Shown here in pieces: positions 16,948 to 26,258 of a DNA stretch of 60,610 nt (within the stretch, counting starts at the first letter, position 1; each line of letters starts with the position of its first letter). This DNA is from an uncultured Armatimonadetes bacterium (GTDB lineage Bacteria > Armatimonadota > UBA5829 > DTJY01), in contig CALNCU010000173.1 in NCBI GenBank assembly GCA_937875395.1, positions 1 through 60,610 on the forward strand. The letters are read 5' to 3'. Made by a program: the position numbers and the translations under genes. The notes under the pieces were generated by a model. It did not search any database. It was given only the letters and a program-made list of their open reading frames with translations, and had not been told where the DNA came from.

Positions 16948-19900
16948 TTATCCTTCCGGCAGCGCCGCCTCTTCTGCACTAAGGGTGGCAAGCATCTTCT
17001 CCGGGTCATCTCCGTTACCGCCGGAGAGCTTGTTGCCGCCTTCATGCTTATGGTGTCCGTGCCGCACTTTGTGCCATGTTTTACGGCACCAGTTCACAAA
17101 GTCATCCATAAGCGTGTAGGTGACCGGTATCATAAGCAGCGTGAGCAGGGTAGAGACAATAAGCCCTCCTATAACCGCAATTGCCATAGGTGCGCGCATC
17201 TCTGAGCCGCGCCCAAGCTTTAAGGCTGTTGGGAGCATGCCGAAGATCATGGCCATGGTGGTCATAAGGATTGGCCTAAGTCTTGTAGGCCCGGCTTCAA
17301 GGATGGCATCGTTTCTGCTCATGCCGCGCTCTCTTAATGTGTGCGTGTAGTCTACAAGCAGGATGGCGTTCTTTGTAACCAGACCCATAAGCATTATTAT
17401 ACCAATCATGGAGATAATGCTTAGTGTCTCCCCGGTCATCCACAGGGCAAGCAGCGCGCCGATTAACGCCATTGGAAGGCTGGCCATAATAACCAGCGGA
17501 TTAAAGAAGGATTCAAAGAGCGCCGCCATAAGCATGTATACCAAAAGTATCGCCAGAATAAGGGCGCCGCCCATGTCTCCGGCACTCTCTTTCATGCTCT
17601 CTGCATCACCGCCCCAGTTAAGGCGGGTGTTCCCAAGCGGCACGGCGGCAATCTCTTTCTCAAGAGCCATCTTCAACCGGCCAAGCGTATAGCCGTGCGC
17701 AACATCTGCAGTTACGGATACCTTGCGCTGCCTGTTCTTGCGTTCAATCTTTGTTGGGCCTATGCCAAAGCTCAGGTCTGCAACATCTGCAAGGTAAATG
17801 GGCGCGCCGCTTGAAGTTGCGCCTACTACCGTTCTGCCTACATCCGGCAGGCTATACCTGTCAAACTCCCGCAGGCGAACGTCTATATCGTACTCGTTTC
17901 CGCCTGTGCGGAACTTTATATCCGTGTTTCCGGCTATGGATGTACGCAGCCCGGCCGCTATCTGCTGCATGGTGAGCCCCATGTCGGCAGCCTTTACCCT
18001 GTCTATCTTTGCGCGGACTTCCGGTTTGCCTACCTTCCATGAAACGTCCGGGTTTATTACTCCCGGAACGCCGGAGATTACCTGTTTAATCCTTTGCGCA
18101 GTGCGGTCCAGTTCTTCCGTATTATCCCCCGTAAGCTCTATATCTATGGGAGAGCCGCCGGGGCCCATGCCGGACTGCGCTTGAACCTTTACGTTACCGG
18201 CGGGGATTTTGGCAATCATCTTCTGAATCTGGGCCTGTATCTCTGCATCTTTGCGAACTCTTAAGTCTTTATCTTGCACAAGCGGGCCCAGAAGCCTCTG
18301 TATGCCGCTCTTTGTTTCTTTCAGGCTTAGGGTTATCTTGGCAAGGTTGCTGCCTTCTCCGCCGCCAAGCATGGAGCCGGATGATCCCACGTTTGTGAAC
18401 ATGCTTTCAATCTCCGGGATGTTTGCCACTGCGTCTTCAATCTCTTTTGTCACCATGTTTGTGGCGGCAAGGCTTGTTTCTGCAGGCATCTCTATGGCTA
18501 TATCAACCTGCCCCCGGTCGGACTGCGGAGAGAACTCAAAGCCTAATTTGGGCGCTACCATAAAGATCATAACAAGAAGGATTCCCCACCCGGATGCTAT
18601 TACCTGCCACCTGTGATGGAGCGTCCACGCAAGCATCCTTCTGTATCCGGCATCCAGCCTGCGGTAGAAATCATCAAAGGCCTTGAAGAAGCCGGAAGAT
18701 GCTTCCACATCTTCATGCTTTTTATACCACCTGGATGCAAGCATAGGCGTCAGGGTGAACGATACCAATAGGGAGAAGAGCGTGGCGCATGCAACCGTTA
18801 TTCCAAACTGTTTAAAGAACTGGCCGGTTATGCCACCCATAAAAGCGATTGGCACAAAGACCACCACGTCTACCATTGTAATGGTTACGGCGGCAAGGCC
18901 TATCTCGCTTCTGCCGTTTAATGCTGCTTCTGCGGGGGCCTCTCCGCGCGTTAAGTGCCGGTAGATATTCTCCAGTACAACAATGGAGTCGTCAACCAGA
19001 ATCCCTACAGCCAGGGAGAGCCCAAGCATTACCGTCATGTTTTGCGTGAATCCCAGGAAGTGCGTGGGGATATACGTAGAGATGATAGATGTGGGGATTG
19101 CAAGAGCAACAATAAACGTTCCTCTTATGTTATGCAGGAAGAGGTAGACTATGATAACTGCAAGCAACGCTCCAAGCCATAGGGAGAGGTTTACATCATC
19201 CAGGGCATCCTTTACGTGTGTGGACTGATCAAAAGCAACGGCAATTGCCACGTCGGATGGAAGCACTTCTTTCATGGATTCAAGCTCTTTTTTTACGCCG
19301 TCAACCACTTCTACAGTGTTGGCATCCGCCTGCTTCTGAACAGAGATTCCTATGCTGTCTTTTCTTTGCACCCTTGTGGCCTGGGTGCGTTCGGCCACCG
19401 TGTCGCTTACATTGGCTATATCCCCTATGGTGAGCACGCGGCCAAAAACGTTTATCCTAAGAGCGCGAATTTCTTCTGCATTCTTAAACTCGCCCAGGGC
19501 GCGCACGGAGTAGTCTCTGTTGGCTTCTTTTATGGAGCCGCTGGGCATGTTAAGGTTGCCCGCTGCAAGCGCCTGCTGCACCTGGCCTATAGAGATGCCG
19601 TAAGCTTCCAGGCGGTGCCTGTCTACGTTTACCTGAATCTGGCGCTTATCCCCGCCGCTTATGGTGACGGATGCCACGCCCTTAACCTTGGAGAGCCTGT
19701 CTTTTATCACGTTGTCTGCCAGGTCTCTAAGCTCCTTGGCCGGGCGGTTGCTTGACATGCCCATAAGAATCACGGGCATTGCGCCTACATCTACCTTGAT
19801 AAGGGTTGGGTCTTTGCAGTCGTCCGGCAGCTTGTTCTGGGTGGCATCCACCTTGGCGCGGGCATCTGCAAGGGCGGTGTCAAGGTCTGTCCCAAGCACG

Positions 19901-20184
19901 CACTCCAGCACAACGGCGGACATCCCTTCCAGGGATGTTGATGTAATATTCTTTACGCCGTTTACAGACCCTACCGAATCTTCAATAGGTTTTGAGACCA
20001 GAGTCTCTATCTCCTCCGGCCCTGCGCCCGGGTATGTGGTCATAATAAGTATGTAGGGGATATCTATCTTGGGATAGAGTTCCACCGGCATCTTGCTTCT
20101 TGATTGAAACCCCATAACGGCCAGAGCCAGAAATAGCATGATTATGACTACGGGCCTGTTTATAGCTAATTTGGTTAATCCCAT
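16948..20184 (-). CDS. RND efflux permease (AcrB/SwrC-like, HAE1)
   Basis: 1078 aa; GILVDDSIVVLEN, GLVTKNAILLVD and RLRPILMT; proton-relay residues intact. Confidence 0.95.
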   Translation of the reverse strand: MGLTKLAINRPVVIIMLFLALAVMGFQSRSKMPVELYPKIDIPYILIMTTYPGAGPEEIETLVSKPIEDSVGSVNGVKNITSTSLEGMSAVVLECVLGTDLDTALADARAKVDATQNKLPDDCKDPTLIKVDVGAMPVILMGMSSNRPAKELRDLADNVIKDRLSKVKGVASVTISGGDKRQIQVNVDRHRLEAYGISIGQVQQALAAGNLNMPSGSIKEANRDYSVRALGEFKNAEEIRALRINVFGRVLTIGDIANVSDTVAERTQATRVQRKDSIGISVQKQADANTVEVVDGVKKELESMKEVLPSDVAIAVAFDQSTHVKDALDDVNLSLWLGALLAVIIVYLFLHNIRGTFIVALAIPTSIISTYIPTHFLGFTQNMTVMLGLSLAVGILVDDSIVVLENIYRHLTRGEAPAEAALNGRSEIGLAAVTITMVDVVVFVPIAFMGGITGQFFKQFGITVACATLFSLLVSFTLTPMLASRWYKKHEDVEASSGFFKAFDDFYRRLDAGYRRMLAWTLHHRWQVIASGWGILLVMIFMVAPKLGFEFSPQSDRGQVDIAIEMPAETSLAATNMVTKEIEDAVANIPEIESMFTNVGSSGSMLGGGEGSNLAKITLSLKETKSGIQRLLGPLVQDKDLRVRKDAEIQAQIQKMIAKIPAGNVKVQAQSGMGPGGSPIDIELTGDNTEELDRTAQRIKQVISGVPGVINPDVSWKVGKPEVRAKIDRVKAADMGLTMQQIAAGLRTSIAGNTDIKFRTGGNEYDIDVRLREFDRYSLPDVGRTVVGATSSGAPIYLADVADLSFGIGPTKIERKNRQRKVSVTADVAHGYTLGRLKMALEKEIAAVPLGNTRLNWGGDAESMKESAGDMGGALILAILLVYMLMAALFESFFNPLVIMASLPMALIGALLALWMTGETLSIISMIGIIMLMGLVTKNAILLVDYTHTLRERGMSRNDAILEAGPTRLRPILMTTMAMIFGMLPTALKLGRGSEMRAPMAIAVIGGLIVSTLLTLLMIPVTYTLMDDFVNWCRKTWHKVRHGHHKHEGGNKLSGGNGDDPEKMLATLSAEEAALPEG

Positions 20185-20209
20185 AAACTGTTACCTTTCA
20201 ATATGCGTC

Positions 20210-21643
20210 TTATCTGGCAATGGTCACTTTCATATTGTCTGAAAGCTTATCCTGGCCCATAACAACTACTTCATCACCGGGTTTAAGGCCGGAGAGCACT
20301 TCTACTTCTTCCCTGGCGGCTTCTCCTATTCTGACGGGGGTAAGGTGCACGGAAAGGTTTCGGACTACGTATACGGAGCCGACGCCACCATCTCCTACGT
20401 TTATAACGGCATCTTTTGAAACAAGGATTACGCCATCATGCTTCTCTAACTCTATCTTTCCGCGGGCAAACATGCCGGGGCGCAGCGCTCTGCCCTTGTT
20501 GGGTATGTTAATCCACACGGTGAACTGCCTACTGCCTATTTCTGCCGTAGGCAGAATCTTTGCCACCTTTCCGGCAAAGGATTTTCCGGGAAGAGCGTCT
20601 ACCTGAACGTTTACAATCTGCCCCAGCTTGACCTTGTGAATATCCATCTCAGAGACCGCTGCCTCAAAGTAAACGGTGGAGAGGTTTACAATCTCCATGA
20701 GCGGTGTGCCGGGGGATGCCATCTGCCCGGGCTCCGTCATGCGTTTTGAAACGCAGCCGGAGATAGGGGTGCGGATGGCGGCGTTTGCAAGCTGCTGCCG
20801 ATAGTATGCCAGGTTTGCCTCTGCGCTTGCCATACCTGCGCGGGCGCTCTTTATGTCTTCGCGGTTGAGAGATTTGTTGGCGCGGTTGGCTACGGCCATT
20901 CTAAGGTCCTGCTCCGCGCGCTCTACATCTTTCTGCGCAGATTCTATGTCTTCAAGGCGGGCGCCCTCTCTGGCAAGGTCCAACGCCTGCCGCGCAGAGT
21001 TATAACCGGCAGAAGACATGGTGAATGCCTTCTGCGCAATATCCATCTGCTGGCGGGATTGCGCGCCCTGCGCGTACAGCTCGCGGGTGCGCTGCAAATC
21101 TACCTTGGCGTTCTCAAAATCTGCGCGGGCGGATTCTACGGCGCTCTCTCTTATGGCAATCTCCTGCGGGCGGGAGGATGCCTTAACCGTGCGCAGCCGG
21201 GCCTTGGCAGATTCCACCGCCGCCTTTGCCTGCGCAATCCTGGCCTCCGTGGAGACATCTGTAACGTTGGAAGCAGTCATGGCCTTGGAAAGATTTGCTC
21301 TGGCGGTAAAGACCCCGGCTTCGGCCCGTTTAATATCTGTCAGAAGATCAGATGTATCCTGCTGAACAACAACAGCTCCCGCAGAGACGGAATCATCCTC
21401 ACGGCAGGGAACGGAGACCACCCTGCCCATGGCCTTTGCAGATATCTGCACCGTCTTAAGGGCCTTGATGCTCCCGGAGACATCTATGGTTGTTGTCATG
21501 GTTCCGGTTCTGGCAAACGCCGTTCTTACCGGAATGGTTGTAGATTCTGCTTCTGCAACCTGGGGCTTTTTGCCCGTCATCTTACCTGCAATGGCCACCA
21601 CTGCAAGCAGGATTACTATGGCTATTATAACGGTCTTTCTCAA
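20210..21643 (-). CDS. RND periplasmic adaptor (membrane fusion protein) with long coiled coil
   Basis: N-terminal TM, IRTPISG and LRPGMFARG motifs. Likely TTG start at 21643 after GGAGG. Confidence 0.9.
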   Translation of the reverse strand: MRKTVIIAIVILLAVVAIAGKMTGKKPQVAEAESTTIPVRTAFARTGTMTTTIDVSGSIKALKTVQISAKAMGRVVSVPCREDDSVSAGAVVVQQDTSDLLTDIKRAEAGVFTARANLSKAMTASNVTDVSTEARIAQAKAAVESAKARLRTVKASSRPQEIAIRESAVESARADFENAKVDLQRTRELYAQGAQSRQQMDIAQKAFTMSSAGYNSARQALDLAREGARLEDIESAQKDVERAEQDLRMAVANRANKSLNREDIKSARAGMASAEANLAYYRQQLANAAIRTPISGCVSKRMTEPGQMASPGTPLMEIVNLSTVYFEAAVSEMDIHKVKLGQIVNVQVDALPGKSFAGKVAKILPTAEIGSRQFTVWINIPNKGRALRPGMFARGKIELEKHDGVILVSKDAVINVGDGGVGSVYVVRNLSVHLTPVRIGEAAREEVEVLSGLKPGDEVVVMGQDKLSDNMKVTIAR

Positions 21644-21644
21644 G

Positions 21645-22319
21645 TTAACTGCATCCTCCTTGTACATTAAATACTTTATCATCAATACCAGTGTTAATCC
21701 TGTAGTTGCTAAAATTTACTTCAACTATTAACGTATCTTTGCATGCACCCCTGCCGCTTTCAGATGGGGGCTGCACCTCTACAACGGTTCTGGACGGCAT
21801 GAAACGGCCCTTTCCTGCCTGCATATACCACAGGTTCGCTCGGGTGGCAGAGCCCTGGCCGAATTCTGTTATTATCTGCCTGGGAAGCCAGCTCTTCCGG
21901 TCTACCCAGACGGTCCATTTAATCTGCCGTCCATCTTCCTCCTGCATGCCGCTTACAACAAAGCAGCTTACTCCAAACAGGCTTTTTGTCCCAAGCAGTT
22001 TAAGTTTTGCGCCTCTTCTAAGGTTTATAAGCGGATCGCCCGCCAAAACCCCCTGCCTGGGGAGCATTGCAAACCCTTCCCGGCTCTTTACAATCACCTT
22101 ATCCGGTTTTTTAAAGAATATGCGCACCCGGCTCTTTGGGATGTGCACTGTTTTGGATTTAACGGTTACAGATGCATCTGCGCTATAATCCGTCACAGCG
22201 GCAAAGTGGGCCGATGCCCTGTCAAGTATCCGCTGCGGTGAAGGCGCCGCCCCCGCCGCAGAAAGTGAAAGCAGCACGGCGGCAATTACAATCAACCTGC
22301 GCAATACTGATACCGGCAT
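21645..22319 (-). CDS. LolA-like periplasmic lipoprotein/lipid carrier protein
   Basis: Signal peptide; DYSA, FKKPDK, WVDRKSWLP and FSNYRINTGIDDKVF, typical of the LolA/LolA-like fold. Confidence 0.75.
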   Translation of the reverse strand: MPVSVLRRLIVIAAVLLSLSAAGAAPSPQRILDRASAHFAAVTDYSADASVTVKSKTVHIPKSRVRIFFKKPDKVIVKSREGFAMLPRQGVLAGDPLINLRRGAKLKLLGTKSLFGVSCFVVSGMQEEDGRQIKWTVWVDRKSWLPRQIITEFGQGSATRANLWYMQAGKGRFMPSRTVVEVQPPSESGRGACKDTLIVEVNFSNYRINTGIDDKVFNVQGGCS

Positions 22320-23146
22320 CAGAAAAGAACATCCCTTCTTGTAAAAGCTGCAAATCCAATAGCGGCGGCAACTGCCGTGTATGCAAGCATCACTCCGGCA
22401 GACTGCAGAAGAGCATGAGAGTCTATCCCGCCTTTAAAGAGCAAGCCTACTCTCATATATGTGGTAAGCAAAAACGGGTGCAGGGGCGCAAAAAACTCTA
22501 TCTCTCCTATTATGCCGGAGAAGACTACAAGCCCCACGGCGCCTGCAACCGCCCCGCTTGCGTTAGATAAAAACGCAGATACGGCAAAGGCTATACTCCC
22601 CACGGCCGCCATGCCAAGCCCCACCAGCCCGTATGCCAAAAGAAGCCGCAGTATTGCCTGCCCCTCCGGGAAAACCCATATGCCGCCGGTAAGGGAGACA
22701 AGGCTTCCGCGTCCCAAAGACGCCCAGCCCGCCGCGTAAGAGAGAACGCCCACTCCAAAGGTGAGCGCAAGAACATAAGTCACTCCCGCTGCGTACTTTG
22801 CCGCCGCAATGCCAAGGCGTGAGGCGGGCCGGCAGAGCATCATGCGCAGGGTTCCGTCCGATGCCTCTCCTGCAATAAGATCGCTAAAGACCATGCTTGA
22901 AAAGAGCGGCAGAAACATAAAGACTACAAACTCAAAGAGCATGAACCGGGCAAGGAAAGCCGCATTTATAAACGAGCCGGCAAGGATGTAATCCTGCGAC
23001 AGCCTTTCCTCCATATACCGGAACTGGTTGCCGTATTTTAAAGCAACAAGGGCCACTGCCACAAGAAGCGTCATGGCAGCCGGGCCTATGTAGGTTCTGG
23101 GCTTATGCAAAAGTTTAAAATACTCTGCGTAAAGCTTATTTTTCAC
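22319..23146 (-). CDS. ABC-2 type transporter permease
   Basis: IAGEASDGTLRMMLCRP, AKY and C-terminal FTRRDV; six TMs. Confidence 0.9.
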   Translation of the reverse strand: MKNKLYAEYFKLLHKPRTYIGPAAMTLLVAVALVALKYGNQFRYMEERLSQDYILAGSFINAAFLARFMLFEFVVFMFLPLFSSMVFSDLIAGEASDGTLRMMLCRPASRLGIAAAKYAAGVTYVLALTFGVGVLSYAAGWASLGRGSLVSLTGGIWVFPEGQAILRLLLAYGLVGLGMAAVGSIAFAVSAFLSNASGAVAGAVGLVVFSGIIGEIEFFAPLHPFLLTTYMRVGLLFKGGIDSHALLQSAGVMLAYTAVAAAIGFAAFTRRDVLF

Positions 23147-24053
23147 GGCTGCCCTCCGTCAGCTGAAGGAAGAGATCTTCCAGAGAGGCGTTCTTTGGAA
23201 TGACGGCATATACCTTAATCCCTGCTTGCGCAAGGGCCCTGTTTGCCTCTGCAACCGCATCCGGCACGGCGTCTATAAACAGACTCTCCCCATTGCATGA
23301 AAGCACACGCACGCCGGAAACCCCGCTTAATACATGCAGGGAGCGCTCCCTGTCCGCCGTCCTTATCTCTACAGGCCCGGACTCCATTTTAAGCAGGCTC
23401 TTAACATCTCCTTCCATCACCAGACGCCCGCGATCTATTATCCCCACGCGGGTACAAATCTGCTCTACTTCAAAGAGCAGGTGGCTGGAGAGAAAGACTG
23501 TTACGCCTTCTTCTTTTAACTGTAGAATCATCTGCCTGACATCCCTCATTCCTTGGGGATCAAGTCCGTCCGTGGGCTCGTCAAGGATTACAATGTGCGG
23601 CTTTGGCAGAAGCGCCTGAGCTATTCCAAGCCGCTGGCGCATACCGTGGGAGTATGACTTCACCTTGTTATCAGCACGCCCGGCAAGCCCCGTCATCCGG
23701 AGCACCCGGTCTATGCTGCCCTCCTCGCAGCCGCCGGAGAGACCAGCAAAGATATTAAGGTTCTCCCTGGCGGAGAGGCAGCCGTAAAACGATGGAGTTT
23801 CCACAAGCGCGCCTACGCCCTGCATGGCCTTCGCCCGATTATTTTTTATGTCAAGGTTCATTATGCGGGCAATCCCGCTGCTTGGGCGGATAAGCCCTGT
23901 AAGCATTCTTATTGTTGTGCTCTTCCCGGCGCCGTTTGGCCCAAGAAAGCCGTAAACATCCCCCGCATAAACCGTGAAGTTAAGGTTGTCCACGGCCACG
24001 CATCTGCCATACGTCTTTGAAAGCCCCTCTGCCTGAATAACTATGCCGGACAT
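23136..24053 (-). CDS. ABC transporter ATP-binding protein (BcrA-like)
   Basis: GPNGAGKS, YSHGMRQ, LDEPT and SSH motifs. Confidence 0.95.
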   Translation of the reverse strand: MSGIVIQAEGLSKTYGRCVAVDNLNFTVYAGDVYGFLGPNGAGKSTTIRMLTGLIRPSSGIARIMNLDIKNNRAKAMQGVGALVETPSFYGCLSARENLNIFAGLSGGCEEGSIDRVLRMTGLAGRADNKVKSYSHGMRQRLGIAQALLPKPHIVILDEPTDGLDPQGMRDVRQMILQLKEEGVTVFLSSHLLFEVEQICTRVGIIDRGRLVMEGDVKSLLKMESGPVEIRTADRERSLHVLSGVSGVRVLSCNGESLFIDAVPDAVAEANRALAQAGIKVYAVIPKNASLEDLFLQLTEGSREK

Positions 24054-24058
24054 AGCCG

Positions 24059-25663
24059 CTACTTTACCGCGTCTCCGCCAGTAGAGTTGCCCTGGGAGAG
24101 AAGCTTTTCAAGCTGGCCTGCGCCGCCAAGAACGTACTCAAGACGGGAGCGAGATGTATGATAATCATAGAGTGCGTTTACGTGGCTTGTATTTGCAGCC
24201 GTGGCGGCTGTCTCTGAATCCAGCACCTCAAGCTGGGTGGAGAGGCCGTTCTTGTATCGGAGCTGGGCTATTCTGAGCGCTTCCTGCGCCTGTTCCACTG
24301 CCACCTCCGCGGCTTTTATACGCTCTTCATCCTGCTTCAAGGTGAAATAAGCCTGCTGAGCCTGAAGCCGCGTGCCCTGCACGACCTGATCCTGCTGGGC
24401 TTTTGCAGTGGCATAATCGCTCTCCGCCTGCTCTACCTGGCCCTTTACAAGCCCGCCGTCAAAGATGCTCCATGTGGCCCTTACAAGCCCCGTCCAGCTG
24501 TTGGCCCGCGAGCCGGCATCAAAGCACTGGTTCATTGTCCAGTTAAGACCAACGGTCGGCTTGGACTGAAGCTTTCTGGCATCGGCTATCTTCCCCTGCA
24601 TGCCGGTGTAAGAGCCTGCCATAAGCACCATTGGGTTGCTTTTGACGGCGGCATCTGTTACGGCGTTTACATTTGCATCTATATAGGAAGGCCTGGCAGG
24701 TTCCTCTACCTCTACCGGAACGGAGAGAGGGTGCCCCAGCACGCGGTTAAAATCTGAATCGGCAGTACGCACGGCGTTCTGCGCCTGAATAAGGGCGGGC
24801 ATGGCGTTTGCAAGCGCCGCCTGTGCCTTTATAAGATCAAACTTGGGAACCGTGCCGGCATCATAAAAAGCCTGCGTCTGTTTTAGATGCGCCCGGTAGC
24901 TTGCAACAGTCTCTTCCTGCACCTTAAGCGCGCTTCTGGCTCGGAGCACGTTGAAGAAGGCCGTCTTTGTCTCAAAAACAAGGCCGTTTATATCTGATGT
25001 AGCATCATACTTGGCGGCCGAGTTACTGTAGGCGGCGGCATCATTTGTGGTACGCACAACGCCGAATACATCTACCACCTGGTTCACCGCCAGGCTTGCG
25101 GTTTTGCTTTCCAGCGGGTTCATGGTCACCGGGTTCCCGCCAAAATCTATGATGGCGGCCTGATCGTTTCTAAGGTAGTTGCCGTTAACGGATACCTGGG
25201 GCTTGCCCGCCGACATGGTCTGCTTTACGTAACCCTGCGCCTTTGTAACCTTTGCCTTTGCAATGCTTACCTTGGGGTTGTTCTGCAGGGCGGTTGCAAC
25301 TGCATCATCTATGGTAAGCTTCTGCGCCTGCGCTCCCGCACAAAGGCAGAGAAGCCCAAATATGGGAAGTATAATCCCCGCCAGGTTCTTTATAGTACGC
25401 CCCCCTTTGCTCTCCCCCGAGATGCTCTCAATAAAAGTATTCTCCATCTCGCTTAGCCCGGAAGCCAGTTGCGCAATAAAATCTTTCATGGCATTTAACT
25501 TAACAAATACCAGCCCCTCCTTGCTTGGATGCCCCAGCATAAGGAGCTTTTCACCGGCCTTAATGCTGAACTCTTTTCTTGCTTCCACCGGAATAACAAT
25601 CTGTCCACGTTCGCCAACGGTGACCGTGCCCATAATAATATCTTTTATCTGTGGCTTAGGCAT
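24059..25663 (-). CDS. AbrB/MazE/SpoVT DNA-binding domain fused in frame to a TolC family outer membrane factor
   Basis: aa 11-55 GTVTVGERGQIVIPVEARKEF (AbrB); aa 91-113 signal-peptide-like segment ending AQA; then an OEP fold (ALQNNP, IFDGG, RYKNGLSTQLEVLD). Confidence 0.85.
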   Translation of the reverse strand: MPKPQIKDIIMGTVTVGERGQIVIPVEARKEFSIKAGEKLLMLGHPSKEGLVFVKLNAMKDFIAQLASGLSEMENTFIESISGESKGGRTIKNLAGIILPIFGLLCLCAGAQAQKLTIDDAVATALQNNPKVSIAKAKVTKAQGYVKQTMSAGKPQVSVNGNYLRNDQAAIIDFGGNPVTMNPLESKTASLAVNQVVDVFGVVRTTNDAAAYSNSAAKYDATSDINGLVFETKTAFFNVLRARSALKVQEETVASYRAHLKQTQAFYDAGTVPKFDLIKAQAALANAMPALIQAQNAVRTADSDFNRVLGHPLSVPVEVEEPARPSYIDANVNAVTDAAVKSNPMVLMAGSYTGMQGKIADARKLQSKPTVGLNWTMNQCFDAGSRANSWTGLVRATWSIFDGGLVKGQVEQAESDYATAKAQQDQVVQGTRLQAQQAYFTLKQDEERIKAAEVAVEQAQEALRIAQLRYKNGLSTQLEVLDSETAATAANTSHVNALYDYHTSRSRLEYVLGGAGQLEKLLSQGNSTGGDAVK

Positions 25664-25690
25664 AGTACAGTTATTTCACCTCTCTCCGCC

Positions 25691-25757
25691 AAGTATGTAA
25701 TTTCATACTTTTCTGACGTCAGCCTCTATTCTACAGTTGAGCCTGCACATTTGTCAA
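25691..25757 (-). promoter_or_regulatory. promoter and palindromic operator of the abrB-tolC operon
   Basis: TTGACA (25757-25752)-N18-TAGAAT (25733-25728); perfect AAGTATG-N6-CATACTT at 25691-25710. Confidence 0.6.
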
Positions 25758-25835
25758 CCGTTTTTTGGAAGTTTGGAAGAGCGGGATTTTCTTGCATTTT
25801 TGCATGATCTGTGATAAAATGCAATGTCCACGTGT

Positions 25836-25929
25836 GGAGAGATGGCTGAGTGGACGAAAGCGGCCGCCTGCTAAGCGGTTGTGGGGTCTTAAAGCCTCAC
25901 CCCGGGTTCGAATCCCGGTCTCTCCGCCA
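25836..25929 (+). tRNA. tRNA-Ser(GCT)
   Basis: GGAGAGA/TCTCTCC acceptor stem, GCCGC-CT-GCT-AA-GCGGT anticodon arm, long variable arm, GGTTCGAATCC, encoded CCA. Upstream promoter TTGCAT-N17-TAAAAT. Confidence 0.97.
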
Positions 25930-26258
25930 CTTTTCACGCTCAAAATCAAGCTAAAATCGACCTTCATTTTTCTCTTTGCACACATTTTGCACACAAGACC
26001 GAAAGAGGGTCGGATAAATCTTGTGTTCACCTCTTTGATTTCTTCCTGTTTTGGCTCTTTGGCTATGCCGCCAGGCAACTTATGCCCGGTATTCAAACCA
26101 TTGCCAAAGAGTGGGTAATAGTGTAGAATATGCCTTACCTGCTGGTCAAGCCCTTTGCTTTATCCGGTATTTACACAATCTGTTTTGATGTTTAGCGCCC
26201 GGTTTTTTGCATTGCATATTCATGATTAGCAGGTGTACGTAAAGGGAATACTCTTCTT

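Noticed and set aside
16699-17205. 168-aa plus-strand ORF, and the many other antisense ORFs in the track
   Set aside because: They overlap well-supported genes on the opposite strand and lack protein-like motifs.
25731-26118. ORFs of 117-121 aa overlapping the tRNA
   Set aside because: Shadow frames across a clear tRNA gene.
25836-26258. tRNA-Ser as the integration site of a genomic island
   Set aside because: No integrase and no duplicated tRNA 3' end seen in the window; flanking genes look native.
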